The notes beneath the pieces were generated by a model. It was not told where the DNA came from. It made no database searches and worked only from the letters and a program-made list of their open reading frames with translations. DNA of 64,000 bases from Acidobacteriota bacterium (GTDB taxonomy: Bacteria > Acidobacteriota > UBA6911): contig OY761556.1 of NCBI GenBank assembly GCA_963664705.1, forward strand, positions 2,912,001 to 2,976,000, read 5' to 3'. The position numbers were made by a program, and so were the translations under genes. Below, one piece after another: positions 10,699-20,395 of the stretch (positions within the stretch are counted from its first letter, which is position 1; every line of letters begins with the position of its first letter).

Positions 10699-10914
10699 TG
10701 TAGGGGTGCCCGGACGCTCTCGAAATCCATTTCAAAAGCCTTCATTTCTGGTTAGGATACCAGCGAATTCGATCAATTGGGCAATTTATAACCCCGAAGC
10801 CTACATAAGGCATACATATCATGACTTCTGAGACTGTCATGGCATGCGGACCCGGAGGTAATTGGGCAGCCTATTTCGCCTATCCATGCGGAAAGCCTGC
10901 AAATTGCAATGGTC

Positions 10915-10950
10915 GACAATTCCTCCAATGCGACTTCCATGGGAATTGTC
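10915..10950 (+). repeat. Palindromic boundary site, GAC class
   Basis: GACAATTCCTCCA-ATGCGAC-TTCCATGGGAATTGTC (spacer 10928-10934); outer arms are complementary. Confidence 0.7.
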
Positions 10951-11110
10951 CGAATATCTGTCCATTAGCAAACGTAACGCATTACCTATGTTGATTTGAT
11001 GTTTATCTTTGCCGGTAAGCTGCGCATCTCGCGCACATATTTTCCAATGATATAATGGGCATTGACCCACAAATTAACTTAAGTTCGAGTTCCGAAATTC
11101 GGAGGAACGG

Positions 11111-12256
11111 ATGAAGGAAATCCTTAATATCAGCCTTATGCTTCTTTTCTATGCAGGCGGTCAGCCGTATACCGTCAGTGATTATATTATTTCGACAATC
11201 GCTGGAGGCATGAAATCTGTTGGAGACGAACGGGAAGGCGGACCCGCCGAGCAGGCATATTTTGGTTCAATGTTGGGTCTTACGGTAGCTCCTAATGGCG
11301 CGATCTACGTTGCAGATCCAGGAAGGCACAGAATTTGCAAAATCACCCCTGATGGGAAGATGTTTAAGGTTGCGGGTAGAGGCAGCCTCCCGGAACCATG
11401 CTGTATCGAGACATCAGCACGGAAGGGATATCAATTCAGGGTCGAGGGGAAAGCCGCCTTTATTGACGGTGAACCGGCGTCTACCGTTGATCTGGATTTT
11501 CCAATCGGGGTAGCGATCGATATGGATGGTAACACTTACATATCGGATGCATCCAATAACCGCATAAATAAGGTGGATAAAGCAGGACTCATTTACACGA
11601 TAGCCGGTGATGGACTCCCAGGTTATAGCGGAGACGGCGGCCCCGCTAAGCAGGCGCGCCTCCATTATCCAACAGGCATAGCGGTGGACAATTTGGGGAA
11701 TTTATATATTGCCGATAGCGCCAATAATCGCATTCGAATGATCGACTCAAAGGGAATGATTCAGACCATAGCCGGAAATGGAAAATCAAAAGATAGCAAA
11801 AATGGAGATCTTGCAATAAAAGCCAGCCTCAAAAAACCATCCGGAGTTGCAGTTAACGCCAACAACATTGTCTACATTGCAGATAGCGTTGATGCTAGGA
11901 TCAAACGGATTAATCGAGATGGCCGTATTGAATTTGTTGCGGGTACAGGAAGACATGAATTTGTGGGGGACGAAATCCCTGCTATCCAATCGGGACTGTT
12001 TGCGCCCTCTGGCATTGCAATAGACGCGGCCGATAACCTGTACATTGCCGAAACGGGGCGCGTTCGGAAGATTGATCGAAATGGCATCATACACACAATT
12101 GCAGGTGGCGTAACAGCAGCAAGATCACGTCACGACGGCGTTCTTGGCATTCGATCCTACATATTTCCGGATGGGATTGCAGTTGATGCTGCGGGTAAGG
12201 TTTATATTGCGGATCAAGGCACAATCCGCCGCCTCACTGCTGATCACTCCCAATAA
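11111..12256 (+). CDS. NHL-repeat beta-propeller protein (teneurin-like)
   Basis: Repeated P-x-G-I-A-V-D...YIAD..N.RI units and GDGGPA. Confidence 0.92.
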   Translation: MKEILNISLMLLFYAGGQPYTVSDYIISTIAGGMKSVGDEREGGPAEQAYFGSMLGLTVAPNGAIYVADPGRHRICKITPDGKMFKVAGRGSLPEPCCIETSARKGYQFRVEGKAAFIDGEPASTVDLDFPIGVAIDMDGNTYISDASNNRINKVDKAGLIYTIAGDGLPGYSGDGGPAKQARLHYPTGIAVDNLGNLYIADSANNRIRMIDSKGMIQTIAGNGKSKDSKNGDLAIKASLKKPSGVAVNANNIVYIADSVDARIKRINRDGRIEFVAGTGRHEFVGDEIPAIQSGLFAPSGIAIDAADNLYIAETGRVRKIDRNGIIHTIAGGVTAARSRHDGVLGIRSYIFPDGIAVDAAGKVYIADQGTIRRLTADHSQ

Positions 12257-12279
12257 ACGGCATCCTGGGAGATTGCCCC
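12247..12279 (-). repeat. Palindromic boundary site, CGT class; arm contains the NHL gene stop codon
   Basis: Plus strand CTCCCAATAA-ACGGCAT-CCTGGGAGATTGCCCC (spacer 12257-12263). Confidence 0.7.
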
Positions 12280-12312
12280 CTGGAAGGTTTCCGTCGGTCC
12301 TGATGCTCATTC

Positions 12313-12342
12313 GACGCTTCCCCGACCGAGACTGCGGGAAAT
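12313..12342 (+). repeat. Palindromic boundary site, GAC class
   Basis: CTTCCCCGA-CCGAGAC-TGCGGGAA (spacer 12326-12332). Confidence 0.55.
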
Positions 12343-12592
12343 TTTCGCTAGTGATTGTGTGCCCAAAATACTGTCCAAGATAGTGATGAGGCTTTTGATC
12401 CTTGATGCGAGTGGACGAATGTTCATTCCTCGCCTGACCAAGGGAGTCCTCCGTGAATTAGCCCTAGCAGTTCCCGAGTCTTCTTTTCGTTTTCGCTGCA
12501 GTCATGCAGCCAATAAAAGAGAACGTCAAATTGTCATTGCCAAGTGTCTGGCAACGACTGAATTGGTGTCTGTCCTCGATTTTCCCGAATAT

Positions 12593-13918
12593 CTATTGCC
12601 GGATTTCGATCGCGAGATGGCTCCCGACGACGGAGATCCAGTCGTTATAACTAATTTTCGACACGGACCTGATGTGGCGGAAGTTGCACTTGAGCCTTCC
12701 CAATTCAGTGCCGGAATGGTCCTTCATATCAAAAACGAGATATGCGGCGGGATACTCGGCCGTCTTGTCGACAGCATCCAGGTAATACATAACATCCGTG
12801 TCATCCTTGCTCACCAGAAGGCGCTCTGCCAGATTGGCATCCCCCGGACGCCACGAGCAATAGTCCGCCCCTTCCCGCAGCTTGGCTGCCGTGCTGCTCG
12901 ACATTTTCTGATCTGACAGGATCTGGGGAAAACCGATCTTGCCCATCCACGTTTGAGGATTGAAGCTGATTCTAAACTCGTCTTTCCTCACATTGACAAT
13001 CATTGACTGGGCATCCGGTGTCAGCCAGCCGCCTGCAGGCTTCCCCGTCTCGCCATCTGCCAAAGGACCGCGTACAGGTGCGATGACAGATGGTGTGGGT
13101 CCCGGGGAATTGTCGGTCGGAGGCAGCCCCTCATCGCCAAATGACAGATTTACGCTCGTTTGAGCTTCCATCCCATCCGACAGAATGAAATAGGCGGATG
13201 CGCCGAAGCCGAGTTCCTGCCTGCTCAGGACTCCGCGGCGATCCACAATCGACGTCCGGCAAATCAGGAATTGATAGGTCACGTCGTTTGATCTTACAGC
13301 CTTGCATTCCCAGCGATTCGCCACTTCCGGTGCATATTTGTCTTCCCGAGTTGGTGCCATGAGACTGTAAATACCTCCGGACTTTCGTCGACCCGTCAGG
13401 TACAAGTATGGAAGTTCGAAATCATATGTTTGTTTCCTCGAGTCAAAGAAGGCACTTACCGGCGCATTATTATTAACGTCTACCTGACTCAGGGGGATTA
13501 GTCCATCGTGGTAGGCATCCATGCTCGATCCTACGGGAAACTGAGTCGTCACTTGTATCGATCCTCGATCGCCTTTGCAGGACCCCTTGAAGATATACAC
13601 GGACAGATCTGCCTTCGTTTCTTCAAGGCTGTTGCGGCACCAAGCGCCCAGGGTGCGATCTTCATTGAAGAAAGCAACCGTTCTCCACTGTCCTTTGCTG
13701 GCCACGAGATCGGGGCAACGGATCGGTTTAGCCATTTCAAATACGCGCCGAAGATCCTCCTCGCGGAATATGCCGAAGATCTTGTGCAGCTGCTCAAAGA
13801 ATTTTGAGCTAAAGGCGCTTTCATCCGGCTGCGGCAGCTGAAGCTGGCTCTGCGCAAATAGAACCTGGCTTCCGGACATGACAAAGGTAAGTAAAGCTAT
13901 TGCGGTTATTTTCCTAAT
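12593..13918 (-). CDS. Secreted hypothetical protein, probable ATT start
   Basis: The 428-aa ORF extends in frame by 13 codons to an ATT placed 6 nt after GGAGG, giving a complete signal peptide. Confidence 0.75.
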   Translation of the reverse strand: MRKITAIALLTFVMSGSQVLFAQSQLQLPQPDESAFSSKFFEQLHKIFGIFREEDLRRVFEMAKPIRCPDLVASKGQWRTVAFFNEDRTLGAWCRNSLEETKADLSVYIFKGSCKGDRGSIQVTTQFPVGSSMDAYHDGLIPLSQVDVNNNAPVSAFFDSRKQTYDFELPYLYLTGRRKSGGIYSLMAPTREDKYAPEVANRWECKAVRSNDVTYQFLICRTSIVDRRGVLSRQELGFGASAYFILSDGMEAQTSVNLSFGDEGLPPTDNSPGPTPSVIAPVRGPLADGETGKPAGGWLTPDAQSMIVNVRKDEFRISFNPQTWMGKIGFPQILSDQKMSSSTAAKLREGADYCSWRPGDANLAERLLVSKDDTDVMYYLDAVDKTAEYPAAYLVFDMKDHSGTELGRLKCNFRHIRSVSKISYNDWISVVGSHLAIEIRQ

Positions 13919-14291
13919 GGCGGTCCTCCACTACTTTTCCGGTTCAACCAGATCCTTTGCCGAGATCGATCGGACCGACAATGCTATCACCCTTTGACGA
14001 GTGCAGAAAGACCTTCCGCCCGGGGATGCTATTTGTCGAGGGGGATGCTCGAGTAAGATCGCGCTCCGGAAAGGAGCGGAACTAAAATCTTCGATAGGCG
14101 CGTTAACCGTCCGCTGACAAACCGATTCCAGTCATTGCAGCCTATCCAGCACACGCGCGGATCTCATTAATCCAATGGCTCATATCGTAACTCACACCGG
14201 CGGACTGCATGTCCATAGGAAATCGACTTTGGATGATTTAACTATCGCAAATTGCTAGAATGCTGCGCAAGAGCACTTCGGAGGATCAAAT

Positions 14292-14765
14292 ATGAAAACG
14301 GCATTAATCGCAGCATTTTTCATATGGCTATCTTGTTCTGCCTACGCGGCCGATCCAATAATCGGAGCGAGGAAGCTTGATACCGCCAAATCTCGCTTAT
14401 CCAATTCTCCAACTACTCCCAAGGAGCTTACGGATACATACGTTGAAACGGCTCAGGGCACAATCGAATTGGAGCGAAATGGAATTCAAAATGATGGAGC
14501 TGCAATTTCTTCAAAATGGTCCTGGCCAAAGCAGGGAGGCGTCGCCCAGCGCATCCTGCCGGAACCACTTCCCAAGGATATGTCGTATGTTGCAGTATTG
14601 GTGGCGCCCGGCAAATGGTATGTGTCAATCATGAATGCTGGGAAGCAGAGATCATTTTATGGGAAGGACATCAGTAAAAATGGCAAAAAGTTGCGCATCA
14701 CGCTCAAGGGCATGGATGAGAAAGGAAATCCATACGCTGAGCGATTTATCTTTAGACGGCAGTGA
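14292..14765 (+). CDS. Secreted beta-barrel-type hypothetical protein
   Basis: GGAGG RBS; signal peptide ending AYA-ADPIIG. Confidence 0.75.
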   Translation: MKTALIAAFFIWLSCSAYAADPIIGARKLDTAKSRLSNSPTTPKELTDTYVETAQGTIELERNGIQNDGAAISSKWSWPKQGGVAQRILPEPLPKDMSYVAVLVAPGKWYVSIMNAGKQRSFYGKDISKNGKKLRITLKGMDEKGNPYAERFIFRRQ

Positions 14766-14865
14766 GGTCGGTGCCGGTCCCATTTAACTACGCGGAGCGG
14801 CGCAGGCTTTGCGTTATGGCGTTATCTCCGCGAACGCGACATAACCGGCCAATCTCTGCCCGTTT

Positions 14866-16002
14866 TTAGGCTCTGCGGAGTTTGCCCGCCTCTATGATTA
14901 TTTTGGTAAGGCGATTGGAGAGCCGGTTGAGGCATTTGCGTTCAGCACTAATCGGCAGCCCTCGCCGAAACATCTCCATTGCACGTTGAGTTGCGTGCAA
15001 TGAATCGATTACCCCATCTAAACCAGTTCGAATCGGATCCGACGTTCTCGGCTGAGGGACTAAATGTCGAGGTTTTGAATGAGCCAGTTGAAACTCTCTC
15101 TGAAGATCCTTCAAGGCCACTTCGATATAGAGCATTGTCATATTCGGAGAAGTGTGGCCGAGTAATTTCATCAGCACAGGAAAACTGACGCCGGAGCGAA
15201 GCATCTCCGTGGCATAGGTATGGCGAAACTGGTGTGGAACGATGCGAGTGGAGATTTCGAGAGAATAACAAACTTCATGCAGATAATCGCGAAGGCCACG
15301 AACGAGCGCGTACTTGGTGCTGGGCCGCGCCAGAAGTCGACCATCAGGAGGACACGGATCTAGGAAACGAAAGAATCGCAAGCGTTGGATAATCGCGACT
15401 ATCGACGAATCCACCGGGACCATCCGTTCCGTTTTGAGTTTGCCAAGTGGTACGTGAATGGCCCACTGGCGGAGACCAGTCGAGCGGAGGCAATCGACGG
15501 GCAAATCGGCGCACTCGCCAATACGCATGCCGGTATGGCGGAGGAGCAGAAAGACATTCGATCCTAGATCGTTGCGCTTGACGAACTCCTTCTGCAGAAG
15601 CTGATCCTGTTCGGCGGTGAGCGGACGTGCAAGTCTATGCGGGCGGCGCGGAATATCTTCACGACGAATCAGGTGGGCAACTTGAGGAAGCTGTTTGGTC
15701 CACGCCAGTTCTATGAACAGAGGGCGCAAAGCAATGAGCTTACCAATATAGGTAGATGTGGCGAGCGGAGGCGTCTGGGCGCGCAAGTGGGACATCCAGC
15801 CGAGGAGGTGTGGCTCCCGCCGCAGTTGATCTAGGGCGTTTACCTCCGGGTAGTTGGTGCCGAGATAACTAAGGAAGTTACGTACGGTCCCGCGATATTG
15901 GACATGGCTTGCAGAGCCGAGTGCAGTGCAGAGCGAATCGACCGCGCGATCAAAGAGATCCACCAGTGGATGTGAGAGGGGAGGACGCCAGGAGCGTTTC
16001 AT
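14866..16002 (-). CDS. Tyrosine recombinase/integrase 2
   Basis: GMRIGE, K (GKLK), HQFRH and LGH...Y catalytic residues; ATGA overlap with the upstream recombinase. Confidence 0.95.
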   Translation of the reverse strand: MKRSWRPPLSHPLVDLFDRAVDSLCTALGSASHVQYRGTVRNFLSYLGTNYPEVNALDQLRREPHLLGWMSHLRAQTPPLATSTYIGKLIALRPLFIELAWTKQLPQVAHLIRREDIPRRPHRLARPLTAEQDQLLQKEFVKRNDLGSNVFLLLRHTGMRIGECADLPVDCLRSTGLRQWAIHVPLGKLKTERMVPVDSSIVAIIQRLRFFRFLDPCPPDGRLLARPSTKYALVRGLRDYLHEVCYSLEISTRIVPHQFRHTYATEMLRSGVSFPVLMKLLGHTSPNMTMLYIEVALKDLQREFQLAHSKPRHLVPQPRTSDPIRTGLDGVIDSLHATQRAMEMFRRGLPISAERKCLNRLSNRLTKIIIEAGKLRRA

Positions 16003-17045
16003 GAAGGAAGCCTCGGAAGGGGGCGGACTTGCAGCGCTACTGCGCGCGTATACTGCTGGTAAACGTCTTGTGGTGTGATCTGCACATAATGCAGGGTCGT
16101 CTGGATATCGGAATGCCCCATCAACTGCATAAGTGCCGGCAGGCTGATTCCGGCGCGTATCATATCGGAAGCGAATGTGTGCCGGAAGCGATGTGGGTGA
16201 GCAAGCGGAATGCCAGTGTGCTTGCGATGGTAACGGAACAATGACCGCAGTCCGGCCAGAGTCATACGGAACCCGCGGGCCGGTCCCTTGAGCGAGACGA
16301 AAAGCGCAGCGGTGGCAACCTGGGGTCGTTCCCTCCGCCGATAGTGGTCGAGGAGTTGCACTGTCTCCGGCGCCAGTGGCAGTAAGCGTATTTTGTTACC
16401 CTTGCCGCGTACGCGCAGCTGCGCTTCGGAGAGCAACAAGTCGTCCTCATTCAGCCCCAACACTTCGGCCGAGCGAAGCCCTTGAAGAAGCATTACTCCT
16501 ACGAGAGCCAAATCGCGAGCCGTACGGAAACTGGACCAAAAACGCGCCACCTCGTCCACCGAAAGCGGAACAAGTTGGCGTTTGGGCACTTTCACTCGCA
16601 GCCGGCTTATGGCTAGGCGCCGACGGCCTAGGCCCAGCGGTCCACGCCGCAAATAAACATGTTGGAAGCCCTGTGCCATGGACGATGGGGAGTCGGGGAA
16701 CTGGTTGCGAAGAGCACGATCGGCAACGCCAACACGGTGATTGATTGTGTAACTGGAAATCGGGGGTTGGTGGTTACACTGGAACTTCAGATAATCCTGG
16801 AGAGTCGATTCGGTCAGGTCGGCTGTGCAAACCTCAGCGGTGTGATGAAGACTCTCCCACCAGCGAACAAAATGTAGCAGGTAGTAAGCCCATGCTCGCA
16901 GAGTAGTATCCGCCAACCGACGGACATACTCGTGATCAAGGTAGCGATTGATCCAGCCAACCTCCTGACCGGTTTCTTGCTCGACCACACGAACCGGGCT
17001 TTGTGCTGTGTTGCGAATCTGCGGGCGAATCACACAAAATTTCAT
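15999..17045 (-). CDS. Tyrosine recombinase/integrase 1 (N-terminal SAM-like domain)
   Basis: GLRSAE, GKGNK, HRFRH, MGHSDIQTTLHY; likely start MKFCVIR at 17045. Confidence 0.95.
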   Translation of the reverse strand: MKFCVIRPQIRNTAQSPVRVVEQETGQEVGWINRYLDHEYVRRLADTTLRAWAYYLLHFVRWWESLHHTAEVCTADLTESTLQDYLKFQCNHQPPISSYTINHRVGVADRALRNQFPDSPSSMAQGFQHVYLRRGPLGLGRRRLAISRLRVKVPKRQLVPLSVDEVARFWSSFRTARDLALVGVMLLQGLRSAEVLGLNEDDLLLSEAQLRVRGKGNKIRLLPLAPETVQLLDHYRRRERPQVATAALFVSLKGPARGFRMTLAGLRSLFRYHRKHTGIPLAHPHRFRHTFASDMIRAGISLPALMQLMGHSDIQTTLHYVQITPQDVYQQYTRAVALQVRPLPRLPS

Positions 17046-17082
17046 AGCTGAGCCAAGCTCCAGAAAAGAATGTGTATCAGAG

Positions 17083-17400
17083 TCAGGCAGCAGGAAGTTC
17101 AAGTACCTGGTAGACTCCATCTTTGAATGCGATCAGATCTCGCGTCAGGAGTTCATCACGGGCGCCGGTAAGTTCGTGGCGGTGATGAATCTCGAGGAGT
17201 TCCGCCATACGTTCGTCGGAATAAAAACTCACACCATCCCGATTAGCAACAGCGACCAAGATTAAGTAGAGAAGCTTTTCCAATCGGGTTAGTCCCTGAT
17301 CGAAACCCTGCCGAAAAAAACGATGGTCAATCCAACTGAAAGAACCGCGGATGGTGCGGATTCGATCCGGCTGTAGTGGTTGAGGTCGTTTGTTCATCAT
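17083..17400 (-). CDS. Small winged-helix-like accessory protein
   Basis: FSWIDHRF...LYLILVAVANRDGVSFYSD...YQVLEL; resembles small ORFs I recall from IS21-like and recombinase elements. Confidence 0.7.
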   Translation of the reverse strand: MMNKRPQPLQPDRIRTIRGSFSWIDHRFFRQGFDQGLTRLEKLLYLILVAVANRDGVSFYSDERMAELLEIHHRHELTGARDELLTRDLIAFKDGVYQVLELPAA

Positions 17401-17479
17401 GCTTTCCCCATTTTGTACATGCCGAAATTAACGAAGCTATATGGAATGAATCAATATGTCGGGACTAAATCTAAAAAGC

Positions 17480-17983
17480 TCATGGGCGGCTGGGGCAACG
17501 ATCCGACCAACGTCTCTCTCGTTCCAGAACTCGTTCGAGAGCGCGGCGACATGCATAGGAACAGAAGCGTTGCAGGGGCGACCGCCGGCTGCGGTGGAAT
17601 TCTTGGTATCAACCAGGGCGATCGCAGGAACACGAAAATAAATTTCTTATAATGACCCTCGCGTCGCCGGCCGGGCCCTTGTTTTGTTGCGTGCGCTCCT
17701 TTTGCCGCACTCTGTATCTGTGGCTTTGAACGCGGCGAACCTGCTTTCCACCATCAGTTTTGCGGTACTTTTGCCGGGCTTTCCACTCTCTCCATTTTCC
17801 CGCCTCATTGCGGCAATGCTCGCTACAATAGCGTGCTCGGGGGTGTTCCGGCCGGAATATGCGACCGCAGCCTTTCAGCAAACACGCACGGGCGCGCGGC
17901 CATCTGGCTTTTCGCTTGGTATGGGGTCTTGTTCCTTTTGCTTGATTTTGAAGGAGAATTATCGGATGTTCACGAGGGCCCAT
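17480..17983 (-). pseudogene. Zinc-binding repeat protein with an in-frame TGA at a Cys position (nonsense mutation or Sec)
   Basis: CLLKGC..YCSEHCR is repeated as CDRPG*..FCSYACR; the frame stays open for 42 codons past the TGA at 17609-17611. Confidence 0.6.
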
Positions 17984-18348
17984 GGGAGTTGCCTCTCCCA
18001 GAAGCTCAAGCCTCGAGGGGGACCCATTCCCCTTCGGGGCGCACTGAGCACAATTGGATGCAATATCCTTAACCCTGCTCTTAGATTAGGATCGGAATTA
18101 AAACTGGCGGGATTACTCGTAAATCAAATTCAATTTTCCGAGCAGTCATAGTCCTTTGGGGTTGTAATTGCGGAGCACCCGAAAAAAGGCGGAGAAGAAT
18201 AAGGGAAAAGCTATTTATCTCACTTCATAATTTGAAGATTCACGGAAATTCTTTATAGACCATTTTTGATTATTGGCCGGTTATTTTGGACTTCGTGGGA
18301 GTAAGCCGAAAAAATCAAATACTTACACTTGATGGTACAATGATGTCG

Positions 18349-18876
18349 ATGCGGAAAAACTCTCTAATTGTATCCATAATCTGCTGGTTGTGCTTAGGCA
18401 TGAGTTCCAGCACTGCGTCGCCGAAGAACAAAAGATACTGTATTTCATCAGTAAACCAAGTTTCAGCAGCCCTGGCTGCAAGAGATTATCCAGCACTCGC
18501 AAAATTGTCTGCGCGAGTAATCGAGCAATGTGTTGAAACTCTTGATGGGGAGACTGTTGCTGGACTTTATGCCAATCTTGCCATCGCACACAATGAAATG
18601 GAAATGCCTCAACTTGCTCTCAAGGATTGTGAATTGTGCATTGATAAATTCAACGGGGATCCATTGTGCCATAGAGAGAAAGTAAGGGCTTTGATTGCGC
18701 TGCATCGCGAGAAAGAAGCTTTATCGCATTGCACAATTGCTGAAAAAATGACATCAGATCTTATGGAGCAATATAAGAAAAAACTTGATAGCGGCCAAAA
18801 CGAACTGACCAAGTCTCGTCTAAGTCTGGTTAATGCTGTGCGGATGTATTTGTTCCGAGTCTGTCCGCCAAAATAG
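18349..18876 (+). CDS. Secreted TPR-like helical protein
   Basis: Signal peptide MRKNSLIVSIICWLCLGMS; TPR-like helix LYANLAIAHNEM. Confidence 0.65.
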   Translation: MRKNSLIVSIICWLCLGMSSSTASPKNKRYCISSVNQVSAALAARDYPALAKLSARVIEQCVETLDGETVAGLYANLAIAHNEMEMPQLALKDCELCIDKFNGDPLCHREKVRALIALHREKEALSHCTIAEKMTSDLMEQYKKKLDSGQNELTKSRLSLVNAVRMYLFRVCPPK

Positions 18877-18903
18877 CCAAGATTTATCTGACCATGATGC
18901 TAA

Positions 18904-18943
18904 TTTACATTTTGGCGTCATCTCCCGCAATCGGACTTCTGGA
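18904..18943 (+). repeat. Palindromic boundary site, GAC class
   Basis: TTTACATTTTGGCGTCATCTCCCGCA-ATCGGAC-TTCTGGA; first 23 nt are identical to 23534-23556. Confidence 0.85.
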
Positions 18944-18995
18944 CCGGAATACTTTGGGATTTCGCAAATGGCGGATCAGCATCGGTTCAGGTAGA

Positions 18996-19400
18996 ATGAT
19001 TTTGTTAGATTATTTACTCCCACCCATTGCTTATGTCAAAAAGAGCGCAGCAAAAGTCAAAGGGTCTATTGAAGACTTTATTGATCTGCAGGAACACCGA
19101 TTAGATCCCGGTTATTGGACAACTGAGGTCTATGGTAAAGGGCGTAGATTTCCCATCTCGAAGGATGTTTTGCGGCAGCACCTTTCCAGTTTCCAACGGG
19201 CGCTTATGATTTTCGTTTTACTCTGCCCCATCGTTATTGGTTTGTTTCTGAAATTCGGAAATCAGCTTCAGCATCTCTGGTTCTGGGGTTCGATATCGCT
19301 TGTCGGCTTGTTTCTCGGACTCTGGCTCTTTATGCACAGATCAATGATCCGTAACGGATGCATACCAACCGCAAGGGGCGACAAAATAGACCGCACATGA
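18996..19400 (+). CDS. Hypothetical membrane protein
   Basis: Two C-terminal hydrophobic helices; start placed downstream of the boundary site. Confidence 0.6.
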   Translation: MILLDYLLPPIAYVKKSAAKVKGSIEDFIDLQEHRLDPGYWTTEVYGKGRRFPISKDVLRQHLSSFQRALMIFVLLCPIVIGLFLKFGNQLQHLWFWGSISLVGLFLGLWLFMHRSMIRNGCIPTARGDKIDRT

Positions 19401-19434
19401 CGGGTCCAGCTAAAAGATGTGATAACGGCCGGAT

Positions 19435-19470
19435 GGGTTACTTCCTCGAATCCGACTTCAGGACAATTGC
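19435..19470 (+). repeat. Palindromic boundary site, GAC class
   Basis: GGGTTACTTCCTCGA-ATCCGAC-TTCAGGACAATTGC (spacer 19450-19456). Confidence 0.75.
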
Positions 19471-19543
19471 ACCGGGCCTTATAGATAATGACGCCGATTT
19501 GTGAAATCATATAAGTGATTCCCTGTATCGTGAGCAAACACTT

Positions 19544-20173
19544 ATGTCCAAGTGGAACACACCTTCCGGTCTTCTGGTACTGTGTTTGTTTGTGTGCTCG
19601 AATTGCCAGCATTCCACCAAAAACGAGGAACTCGGTGTCTACTCTAGCTACTCTGACAAATATCTGATGGAGGACCTCGTTTACCATCTTCCCTACGATA
19701 TTGTGGTCCTTAGCGATCACACAGTGGAGTTGCCTTGCTTCATCATAGAGGATTTCAGCCGATTGTCACCTCATCCCAACCCGAGCACAATATCAAACTT
19801 TTTGATTCGTAACGGAGCACAGCACTTGGCTCATCTGACTTCAAGTGATTGCAATGGTAGCATTCACGGCACCGCATATCCCATCAAGAATAAGATCGTC
19901 TCGCGAGCCAATTTGGTGTTCATTCCAGCATCTGCAATTAATGAAGAATACAACCGAATACCGTGGCCTGAGATTTGTAAGCGACACGGAATACCGAACC
20001 CGCAACTTAACCATGGTCCGGTCATCCTGTCACGTATCGGATTCAACGAGCAGCGCACGGAGGCACTATTATACGTGGAGGATCATGCTGCTGGCGTCGG
20101 CGCATTATTCTTATTCATGGCAACATCGACGGGGTGGACTGAAAGGGCATCGGTAGGGTGCTGGGTTTCATGA
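19544..20173 (+). CDS. Hypothetical exported protein or lipoprotein
   Basis: Hydrophobic N-terminus with Cys; LSRIGFN...ALLY and C-terminal CWVS pattern. Confidence 0.7.
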   Translation: MSKWNTPSGLLVLCLFVCSNCQHSTKNEELGVYSSYSDKYLMEDLVYHLPYDIVVLSDHTVELPCFIIEDFSRLSPHPNPSTISNFLIRNGAQHLAHLTSSDCNGSIHGTAYPIKNKIVSRANLVFIPASAINEEYNRIPWPEICKRHGIPNPQLNHGPVILSRIGFNEQRTEALLYVEDHAAGVGALFLFMATSTGWTERASVGCWVS

Positions 20174-20257
20174 ATTTCCCAATAAACAAAACAGAAAACA
20201 GGATCTGCTACCAAAGTGACTCCTCATACTTTCGAGGAGATCTGACGTGTGCGTACC

Positions 20258-20285
20258 GATTTCCCACAATCGGACTTATGGGGAC
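20258..20285 (+). repeat. Palindromic boundary site, GAC class
   Basis: GATTTCCCACA-ATCGGAC-TTATGGGGAC (spacer 20269-20275). Confidence 0.75.
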
Positions 20286-20395
20286 CGTTATCCGGCGGAT
20301 GTGATAACATCGCCATCCTAACCGATGCGGATGTCGCCGCGTTGCAGAAGAAAGGCACATAAATCAGTACTGTCACTTACCCGACCGAGGCGCTC

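Larger units (their letters stand above)
14841..18284 (-). mobile_element. Dual tyrosine-recombinase element with 13-bp terminal inverted repeats, inserted into a boundary site
   Basis: ATAACCGGCCAAT (14841-14853) and ATTGGCCGGTTAT (18272-18284); flanked by L-arm+ACGCGAC on the left and TTTGGAC+R-arm on the right. Confidence 0.85.

Noticed and set aside
12359-12916. 185-aa plus-strand ORF
   Set aside because: Largely antisense to the secreted-protein gene and has no motif
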